From IMG/VR virus record IMGVR_UViG_3300005512_000221, positions 1-30,482 of that record: a stretch of DNA of 30,482 bases; one strand, written 5' to 3'. Source of the stretch: a virus. Its lineage: Duplodnaviria; Caudoviricetes. The notes beneath the pieces were generated by a model that did no database searches, was not told the origin of the DNA, and saw nothing but the letters and a program-made list of their open reading frames with translations. The position numbers and the translations under genes were made by a program. Positions 8,747-16,900 of the stretch are shown piece by piece (position 1 is the first letter of the stretch; each line of letters begins with the position of its first letter).

Positions 8747-9907
8747 ATGGCGAATAACGCTATTGCTATTTCACGCGAGCAGCAGATCTTTGCAGTGAAG
8801 GAAACCACGGCGGGAACGCTGGTCTTTCCTGCTGGCTCTGATGTCCTTGTCGCGGCCGGGTACGGCTCCATCAACCAGCAGCCGTCCTTTACCAATTCGG
8901 AAGAGATCCAGAACTCCAGGGATATTCTGGCCAGGTTCCAGAACAAGACCCCGGCCGGCGACTGGTCTTTCCCGGTCTATACCAGGCCGTCCGGCACCGC
9001 CGGAACACCGCCCAGCGAGGATGTCCTGATGGAATGCCTCCTAGGCACCAAGACGGTCAACGCCTCCACCAGTGTGGTGTATACCCTGGCTATGGACAAG
9101 CCGGCCTTTTCGCTGTGGATGAAAAAGGGCCATACCGTCTTTTTCGCCAGCGGCGCTACGGTCGGGGCGCTGCGGGCGTCCCTGGCAGCCACCGGCGGCC
9201 ATCAGCTCGATTTTTCAGGCCAGTTCATGCAGCTGGGCTGGGCCGGCACCGACGCCATTAACGGCGCCCTGTCGATCAGTGCCACCGCCATTGTTGTCGA
9301 CGATGCCAAAAAGTTTACTGTTGGCGCCCGTGTTGAGTTTGTCGAGGGCTCCACCGTCTATAACAACACCGCCGCCGGGTATACCGTGACCGCCGTCAAC
9401 ACGACGACCGAAACCCTGACCATCACCCCTGGCCTGGAAGTGGCCCTGGATGACGACTCGGTGATCCGCGGCTATCTGCCGACGGCCTCGGCAGTCGGCA
9501 CCGCCCTGGAGAACCGCAAGGGCTATGCCAAGATTGACACCGTGGTCACGCCGCTGCAGTCTCTCAGCCTCAGTGTTGACGACATGCCGCAGTATCTTGA
9601 GGATGAGATCTCCACCGACGACTATCCGACCGCCTACGCCGAAAAGCAGCGCTCCATCAGCGGTGACCTGAGGGTCTATTTCCGCGAAAATGATCTGGCC
9701 TATTTCCATGACGGCCTCAACACCAACGACGTGGCCCTGGATGTCGTGGTCGGTGACACCGGCGGCTCCATTCTGACCTATGCCATGCCGGTGGCGTCGT
9801 TGTCGGTGCCGACGGTCGCTGACGCCGATCCGACCATTGCCCTGGGTATGAATTTCCAGGTCCTGGGCAGCAGCGGCGAGGATTCGATTTCGATTACTTT
9901 CACATAA
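8747..9907 (+). CDS. Major tail tube protein
   Basis: 386 aa, AGGAGG RBS; KETT.GT at the N terminus, RSISGDLRVYF, ITFT end; precedes chaperone and tape measure. Confidence 0.85.
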   Translation: MANNAIAISREQQIFAVKETTAGTLVFPAGSDVLVAAGYGSINQQPSFTNSEEIQNSRDILARFQNKTPAGDWSFPVYTRPSGTAGTPPSEDVLMECLLGTKTVNASTSVVYTLAMDKPAFSLWMKKGHTVFFASGATVGALRASLAATGGHQLDFSGQFMQLGWAGTDAINGALSISATAIVVDDAKKFTVGARVEFVEGSTVYNNTAAGYTVTAVNTTTETLTITPGLEVALDDDSVIRGYLPTASAVGTALENRKGYAKIDTVVTPLQSLSLSVDDMPQYLEDEISTDDYPTAYAEKQRSISGDLRVYFRENDLAYFHDGLNTNDVALDVVVGDTGGSILTYAMPVASLSVPTVADADPTIALGMNFQVLGSSGEDSISITFT

Positions 9908-9939
9908 ATCTTAAATCTTAAATCTTAATACTTAAAACT
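9905..9939. repeat. Tandem heptamer array
   Basis: TAAATCT x3, TAATACT, TAAAACT, starting at the tail-tube stop codon. Confidence 0.9.
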
Positions 9940-9950
9940 ATCAGAAAACC

Positions 9951-10301
9951 ATGCGACTCAGAACCGAGAAAACAGAATTTGTCATCACCGTCGGCGACGC
10001 CGCGGTCACCGTCTCCCCGTTGTCGGCCACCGAGGCCGCCAAGCTCCGGGAGAAATATACCCTGCCGCCGAAGCGCGGCGAGGTGATCCCCGGCTTTGAC
10101 GCCAACGGCATGACGCGGGAGCTGTTTGCCCGGGTGGTGCGGGACTGGTCCGGCGTCGGCGGGCTTGACGGCAAGGTTCTGGAGTGTACCGCCGAGACCA
10201 AGGCCGGCGTCTATGAGCATAACGCCGATTTTGCCAGGGACGTTCTTGCCGAGATGGATGTGCAAGGTGCGGCACTGCGGGAGGTGTCTGTAAAAAACTG
10301 A
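9951..10301 (+). CDS. Tail assembly chaperone (gpG-like)
   Basis: 116 aa between tube and TMP; VRDWSGV..DGK.LEC motif; ends ..VKN* on a slippery sequence. Confidence 0.85.
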   Translation: MRLRTEKTEFVITVGDAAVTVSPLSATEAAKLREKYTLPPKRGEVIPGFDANGMTRELFARVVRDWSGVGGLDGKVLECTAETKAGVYEHNADFARDVLAEMDVQGAALREVSVKN

Positions 10302-10603
10302 CAGCCTGGGGCGAGTGGTATCTCGTTCCAGGCCGCGTTGAAGATTGTCCGGCCTGCCGGCAAAACTGGGGCGATGACCCGCCCTGTGATGCCTGTACGC
10401 TGCCTGGCCAGATCGCCCCGGTCAACGAAACGGCCTGGCGGGCCTGGAAGCTCTGCCACCTCTCCGGCCGGGACGGCATGGCCGGCAAGATGATGGCCTC
10501 GGAGATTGTCACGGTCCTGGCGGCCATAGGCGGCACGGACATCGATCTCGAAAAGGTGCTGCTGCTGGAAGGCATCTACCAGGAACACCGGGAAAAAGAA
10601 TAA
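10292..10603 (+). CDS. -1 frameshift extension of the tail chaperone (gpT-like part of G-T fusion)
   Basis: A AAA AAC (10292-10298) just before the stop; the -1 frame is open to TAA 10601-10603: LTAWGEWY...CPAC...CDAC...NETAWRAWKL...EKVLLLEGIYQEHREKE. Confidence 0.85.
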   Translation, partial: KKLTAWGEWYLVPGRVEDCPACRQNWGDDPPCDACTLPGQIAPVNETAWRAWKLCHLSGRDGMAGKMMASEIVTVLAAIGGTDIDLEKVLLLEGIYQEHREKE

Positions 10604-10615
10604 GGAAAGTGAAAT

Positions 10616-10682
10616 TCTCACAGAGGCACAGAGACGCAGAGAAAAACAAAAAAACCTCTGTGGACTCTGTGCCTCTGTGAGA
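10616..10682 (+). repeat. Full ~70-bp CACAGAG palindromic element
   Basis: TCTCACAGAGGCACAGAGACGCAGAG / AAAAACAAAAAAAC / CTCTGTGGACTCTGTGCCTCTGTGAGA. Confidence 0.95.
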
Positions 10683-10705
10683 GATAAAAAAAATCAGGCC
10701 CCCTC

Positions 10706-12733
10706 ATGCAAAACGACGCCGCCATATCCATAGCCCTGAAAATGGTTGACCAGGCCACTGCCCCCATGCAGAAGGCCCTGGGTATTGTCGACAGGCAGAC
10801 CTCGGTCCTCAACCGCAGCATGTCGCAGCTCAAGGGCACGGTCAACGGGCTGTTTGGCGCCTTTGCCGCCTATGGCGGTTTCCAGATCGCCAAGTCCTTT
10901 ATCGACACCGCCTCCTCCTTTGAACAGCTTGAAAAGAAACTCGATGCCCTGACCAAGGGCCGCGGCCTGGAAACCCTGGAAGAGATCAACGCCTGGGCCC
11001 TTGAGATGCCGGTCAACACCAGGAAGGCCGTTGACACGTTCGCCATGATGATGGCTATGGGTCTTGAGGACCCTATGGCGAAACTTGAAACCCTGGTGGA
11101 TGTCGCCTCTATCTTTGGCGAGGAGGCCATGCCGCGGGTAGCTCGGGCCCTGGGCCAGATGCAGACCCTCGGCAAGCTGTCGGCCGAAGAACTCAACCAG
11201 ATGTCCGAGGCCGGCATCAACGCCAGGAAGTATCTGGCCGAGGCCTTTGGCGGCAAGACCGTTGAGGAGATCCAGAAATCAAAAATCGCCATCGAGGATA
11301 TCATTGCCGCCATCATCAAGGGCCTGGACCGGGATTTCGGCGGCGCCGCCCGCAAGAACATGGACTCCTGGCAGGGGCTCACCGCCGCCACCAGGTCCTA
11401 TGTCGAGGAGCTGCAGCGCCAGGTCATGGATGCCGGGGTCTTTACAGCGCTGAAAGACGTCCTCGGTGATGTCAATGCCGAGCTCAAGGACTGGATCGAT
11501 AACAACGGCGAACTCCTGGCCCAGCGGGTGCCTGAATATATTGACGACACCAAGGAGAAGGTTTCCGGGCTCTACGATTTTTACAAGACCCTGCCTGACG
11601 GCGTGGTGTCGGCGGCCGGCTACGGTATTGTCGGCAGGATGTTGTTTGGCGGCCAGGTCGGCGCCATAATCGCTGTTACAACCTTGATCAACAGCAACCT
11701 CGACAAGATTGGCGCCAAATTCGCAACCTTCGGGGCCCTTGCCGAGTCCGGTGGCACCATGGTCGCAGATCTGAAAGCCCTCCTCGGTCCCCTCTGGGAG
11801 GACCAGGTGGCCCTCGGCAATGCGCTGCTGGGTAACAGGCCCTTTGTCAACCAGGGGTACGAGCCGCCCATGGGCCACTCCAGAAATCCGGTGACGTCTC
11901 AGCCGGCAATGGCCTCGGCCCGGAATTATGTTGGCGCCGACCCCATAGGCTACGATAAGAACTACGGCAGCCATGCCGCCGCCACCCCCTTCTCCATGAC
12001 CGACGAAGAGATCGCCGGCCTCGATTCGTTTTACACCCTCACCGACCCGCAGGAGATGCAGCGGATTAATGATCTCTGGAAGGCGCGGGAAGATCGACTG
12101 GCCGCCCTTGGCAAAACGTCCAAGGCTACCTTTGCCGGTATGGCACACGGCCTTCTCCAGGTCCAGACCATCTCCGAAACAGTTTCCGGCCGCCTGGAAT
12201 CCGGGTTCATGACAGCCTTTGACAATATGTCACGCGGTGTGTCTGGTTTCGGCGACCTGGCCACCGACATCCTGCGTGATGTCCTTAACGAGATCATGCG
12301 GGTTATGGTTATTCGGCCGCTGGTCGGCGGCATTACGGGAGGGCTCTTTGGTGAAATGCTGCCGGCTGGTGTCGCTGGGCCGCCACAGCCTGGGTTGTTG
12401 TCTTCTGGCGGGTGGCAGCCGAGGGCGGCCGGCGGTCCTGTTTCAGCCGGTCAGACCTATCTCATCGGCGAGCAGGGTCCGGAGCTTCTTCACATGGGGG
12501 TAAGTGGCAGCATTACCCCCAACAATAAGATTGGCGGCGGCGATGTCATAATCAACATCAATAACAACGCCGGCGCCGAGGTATCGGCCACCCAGACCAA
12601 GACCGCCAATGGCGGGATGCAGCTTGACGTGATGATCGACCAGGCGGCAGCCTCCGGCGTGACGAATTTTGGCGCAACCTTCAAGGCAATCCAGAACACC
12701 TTTGGATTGTCGCCGGCATTGGCGAGGCGATAA
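10706..12733 (+). CDS. Tail tape measure protein
   Basis: 675 aa helical Ala/Gly-rich; ALGQMQTLGKLSAEELNQMSEAGI tape-measure domain; C-terminal RAAGGPV..G..Y.IGEQGPEL. Confidence 0.93.
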   Translation: MQNDAAISIALKMVDQATAPMQKALGIVDRQTSVLNRSMSQLKGTVNGLFGAFAAYGGFQIAKSFIDTASSFEQLEKKLDALTKGRGLETLEEINAWALEMPVNTRKAVDTFAMMMAMGLEDPMAKLETLVDVASIFGEEAMPRVARALGQMQTLGKLSAEELNQMSEAGINARKYLAEAFGGKTVEEIQKSKIAIEDIIAAIIKGLDRDFGGAARKNMDSWQGLTAATRSYVEELQRQVMDAGVFTALKDVLGDVNAELKDWIDNNGELLAQRVPEYIDDTKEKVSGLYDFYKTLPDGVVSAAGYGIVGRMLFGGQVGAIIAVTTLINSNLDKIGAKFATFGALAESGGTMVADLKALLGPLWEDQVALGNALLGNRPFVNQGYEPPMGHSRNPVTSQPAMASARNYVGADPIGYDKNYGSHAAATPFSMTDEEIAGLDSFYTLTDPQEMQRINDLWKAREDRLAALGKTSKATFAGMAHGLLQVQTISETVSGRLESGFMTAFDNMSRGVSGFGDLATDILRDVLNEIMRVMVIRPLVGGITGGLFGEMLPAGVAGPPQPGLLSSGGWQPRAAGGPVSAGQTYLIGEQGPELLHMGVSGSITPNNKIGGGDVIININNNAGAEVSATQTKTANGGMQLDVMIDQAAASGVTNFGATFKAIQNTFGLSPALARR

Positions 12734-13084
12734 ATGGCAAACTGGCCTGGGACACTCCCGCAAAACGTGCTCTCGGAAAATTATAGCGAGAAGCCGCCGA
12801 ACACCCTTATCCGCACCGAGATGGACGCCGGGCCGGCCAAGGTGCGGCGGCGCCATACCGCCGGCGTGCGACAGTTCACGGCCCGCCAGAGAATGAGGAC
12901 GGCCCAGGTGGCAACCCTCGACACTTTTTATGTGACCACAACCAATGGCGGCGCCGACCAGTGGACCTGGAAAAATCCGCGAACCGGCGCCGTTGTCAAT
13001 TACCGCTTTGTCTCTGAGCCTGTCTATCGCCATGTGTCTGGTGATTATTATATGGTTGATCTCAATCTGGAGCAGCTGCCATGA
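12734..13084 (+). CDS. Distal/minor tail protein (gpM-like)
   Basis: WPGTLPQ, IRTEMDAGPAKVRRR, W.W..P motifs; follows the TMP. Confidence 0.8.
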   Translation: MANWPGTLPQNVLSENYSEKPPNTLIRTEMDAGPAKVRRRHTAGVRQFTARQRMRTAQVATLDTFYVTTTNGGADQWTWKNPRTGAVVNYRFVSEPVYRHVSGDYYMVDLNLEQLP

Positions 13085-13551
13085 GGAGTATGGGTTCAAA
13101 TATGCTGGCGGCTCTGGCCGGCCAGGAGACAAATGAGGCGATTCTCCTTCTGCTGACGATTGACCATGCCGACCTTGCCACGCCAATCAGGGTAACCACA
13201 GACGCCGTCACGACAACGAGCAACAGCAACACCTTTTTGCCGTACCCGTTTCACCTCACATTGCCTGATGACCCTGAAAAGGGTTTCTCGTCCGGCAAGC
13301 TGATTATTGACAATGTCCATCGTGATATCGTGGTGGCGATTCGGTCTATCTCAACTCCACCGACTGCAACGATTCAAGTTGTTTTGGGAAGTGACCCTGA
13401 TACTGTCCATGCCGAGTTTTCGGATTTTAAATTATCGAATATCACGTATGACGCCCTGACGGTGACGGCGAATCTGGTTCTTGACCATTTCATCAACGAG
13501 CCGTTCCCCGGCACCCGGTTGACCCCGTCAAACTTCCCTGGGCTGTTCTGA
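13081..13551 (+). CDS. Minor tail protein, DUF1833-like (gpL position)
   Basis: LLTIDH.DL..PIRV, PF.LTLP, L.IDNV, EPFP....TPSNFPGLF terminus; ATGA overlap. Confidence 0.8.
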   Translation: MRSMGSNMLAALAGQETNEAILLLLTIDHADLATPIRVTTDAVTTTSNSNTFLPYPFHLTLPDDPEKGFSSGKLIIDNVHRDIVVAIRSISTPPTATIQVVLGSDPDTVHAEFSDFKLSNITYDALTVTANLVLDHFINEPFPGTRLTPSNFPGLF

Positions 13552-13940
13552 TGGATGTCGCGAAATATATAGGGATGCCGTTTAAGCCTCTTGGTCGTGA
13601 CGCTGACGGTTGCGATTGTTGGGGATTGGCGCGGCTGATTTATAAAGAGGAATTTGGAATAGACCTGCCATCTCTGCACTATGCGGAGAGGTTCGACCCT
13701 GCCGAGTTGCACGATGTCATGCTGGATGAATCAGCTCATTGGCTACAAATTGAAAAAGGCAAGGAAAAGCCCGGCGATATCCTTGTTTTGAGAAGTATCA
13801 ACCCTCATGTCGGGGTTGTTGTTGACAGGCAGTGGATGATCCACATTCAGAAGACCACCTGTGCCTGTCTTGATAAGTTTAACCGTATCGCCTGGACTAA
13901 AAGGATTATGGGAATATACCGCCATGCAGAACTTGCCTGA
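13551..13940 (+). CDS. NlpC/P60 (C40) tail tip peptidase, gpK-like
   Basis: YIGMPF..GRD..GCDCWGL, PGDILV, HVGVV...MIH. Confidence 0.9.
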   Translation: MDVAKYIGMPFKPLGRDADGCDCWGLARLIYKEEFGIDLPSLHYAERFDPAELHDVMLDESAHWLQIEKGKEKPGDILVLRSINPHVGVVVDRQWMIHIQKTTCACLDKFNRIAWTKRIMGIYRHAELA

Positions 13941-16900
13941 CACTGTTAAAATAACGGGATGCACCGACATCCTGTCAAGCAAGCGGTTTGCTGTGGAGAT
14001 TGCTGTCGGCAAGACAATCGCCGAGATCCTCCAGGCAAATCATGTTGTCTTGACGGACTGCCTAAACGCTCATGTCTGGCTGAACGGTGAGCCTGTTGCT
14101 CGGTATCTGTGGTCGTCGATTATCCCCAAGGCCGACGATCTGGTGGTTTTCAGGATTATCCCGGCAGGTGGCGACGACTCAAATCCGCTTAACCTCATTT
14201 TGACCATTGCCGTTGTTGCACTGTCTATCTATGCCCCGTATGCGGTTGGCATAGCCGGGACATTCAAGGGGGCCATGTTCGCCGCCGGTGTCTCCATGGT
14301 CGGCATGATGGCTGTCAACGCCATTGCCCCGCCGCCGATGCCGAAAATGGACAAGCTCTCCGGTTCGGAGGATACGGCAAAAATAAGCCCATCTATCGCT
14401 GGGGGCAACAATCCCTATAATCCGTATGGGCCTGTTCCTGTTGTTCTCGGCACGGCCAGGATAACACCGCCTCACGGAGCAGAACCGATTACTGAAGTGG
14501 TAGGCAATGACCTTTACCTTCGCCAGATCTTTTTGCTTGGCCACGATAAGATTGAGATCGGGGATCTTCGCATTGGTGATACGGCCATAGATAATTTCAC
14601 TGACGTTGAATACAATGTGGTTTACCCCGGCGAAACACTGGAGCTGTTCAAGACCGATATAACCCAGGAATCTTTGTCGATTTTGATGGCAAATGATAAT
14701 GATGAGATCAATTTTCTGGCTCAAGCCGCTGTTGATTTAGGCGGCGGTCTGGTCGGTATCAACTCCACCCTGCACGGCTTGGTGAGTGGCGACATTATCG
14801 AGATATACGGCACCACAAACTATAATGGCACATTTGAGGTGCAGCCGGAGACAACAGCGAGCCAGATAGTTATAGACAATGGCTCCTTTGTTGCTGAGAC
14901 TTTTTCGGCAACCGACTATTGTAAGAACTACTTTTGGGAAGTCAGGACCACAGCTGCCGATACCGAGGTTGCTGTGGTCGATCTGGTGTTTCCGCAAGGA
15001 TTGGTGCAAAGGAATAGTGCTGGGGATAAGCTCAATCGAACCGTTGATTTTGAAATCCAGTACGCCCCTACCGGAACAGATATGGTGTCAGGTTCTTGGT
15101 CTGTTGGCAATGATTTTGTCTCTATATCAGCACAAGATTCTAATGTACTTGTAGTGCCTGATGGCTATTGGCAAGACAACCATTGTGATGAGTACCAAGA
15201 CTGTGGCCAGACTTTTTATCCGCAAACAAACACGTATACCATCGGCATAGATAAGGCCACAGGGGTGGTTTATTCAAATGTTGGAAGAACTACTACCTTT
15301 TTTGGACATACTGTTATCAGAACCCCGCCTGACCAAGTGCATGTTCTGGCAGAAGTAACCCTGACGACAGGCGATACCACGCCAACCATTACGGATAAAA
15401 GGGGAACAAACACAGCCTTTGGTGATCCGGTAAACGATTTTGTTGTTACCCAGACCAGTCCTCCATCTTTAGCAGTTACGGTATCAGCAGGAACACTTAA
15501 ACTTGAGACATTTGCCACAGCAAACTCAAACGACACCTTGAGGTTGAGCTTTCCTTTTCACTTCGCAACTCCTGGGTCTTATGATATCCGGGTGCGGCGG
15601 GTTACGGCTGACAGCACGTCAGATTATATCCAGGATGAATTTTACTGGAACAGTTTAAAATCTGAAAAACTGACAGTTGCACCTATTGCCGTTGACAATG
15701 TTACCGCAATAGAGATGCGGATAAAATCAACCGGCCAGCTTAACGGTGTGGTGGATGCCTTCAATTGTCTGGCTACCAATACCAGCATAACCCGCTATAA
15801 TAGCGTAGATGATGTGTGGGAAACCGATGTGCGGTCGAGTAACCCTGCCGATTTATACCGTTATGTGTTGCAGGGGTCAGCAAACAACAAGGCGGTTGCC
15901 GACGCTAAAGTTGATCTTGACGAGTTGGAAGATTGGCATATCAGATGCCTCGACACCAGGCACATAATAAATGACCTTGGTGTATCTGTTGACAGAACTG
16001 GCGGGGTTGTCGGCATCCCTGTGACAGCGCACGGTATCCCCTCCGGAACTCATATCAATATTATTAATACCACCAATTATAATGGGGAGCATATTGTACT
16101 TGATAGCTCAACCACTGATGAGGTGCGCATCACAGCAACATATATCGCTGAGACATTTGACTCGTCTTCGATGCCGACAGCGGCCTCAGTCATTGTTCCA
16201 GGGTTGCAGTACAACAAAGTCATCGACTATCAGTCGTCCGTTAATGATATCCTTACCGAGATCGCCGCCGCCGGTAAAGCCGCCCCTGGTTATTTTGACG
16301 GCAAGTTCTCAGTGGTCCAGGATAAGCCCAGAACAACACCAATCCAACATTTCACACCCCGTAACTCTTTCGGCTTTTCATCAACCAAGGCGTTCTATGA
16401 GACGCCCCACGCTTTCCGAGTCAGGTTTGCAAATGAACTTGAGGATTACCGGCAAGATGAAAGGACGGTGTATGCTGATGGGTACACTGTAGCTAATGCC
16501 ACCGAGTTTGAAGAACTTGAACTGCATGGAACAACGAACCCTACCCAAGTTTACAAGCTGACCAGATATCACATAGCCACGGTCCAGCTCCGGCCTGAAG
16601 TCCATTCTTTCAATACTGACATTGAGTATCTTGTTTGCACTCGGGGTGATTTGGTCGTTGTCAGCCATGACGTCCCGAACTGGAAAAACAATATTTCATC
16701 GGGCCGGATTAAATCAGTGACCCTATCAGGCTCAAATATTACTCATATTACCCTAGATGAGATCTGCACCTTTGAGGCGGCTACTGACTATTGTGTCAGA
16801 GTCCGGCTTAATAACATGACATCATCATATCATAATGTTGAGAATCCTGGGGCCAGCGATGTCAACATTGTTGAGCTTTCAACTCCGGTTGACCAGGCGA

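Noticed and set aside
220-10682. CACAGAG repeats as a CRISPR array
   Set aside because: Copies are hundreds to thousands of bases apart, separated by whole genes, in mixed orientation, with no 30-40-nt spacers or cas genes.
7477-10682. The palindromes as rho-independent terminators
   Set aside because: No U-tract follows the stem on either strand, loops are 14-18 nt, and they lie inside an operon that must be read through.
757-13186. Long minus-strand ORFs (e.g. 757-1503, 4889-5881, 11279-12148, 12443-13186)
   Set aside because: Shadow frames of GC-rich plus-strand genes with no recognisable motifs.
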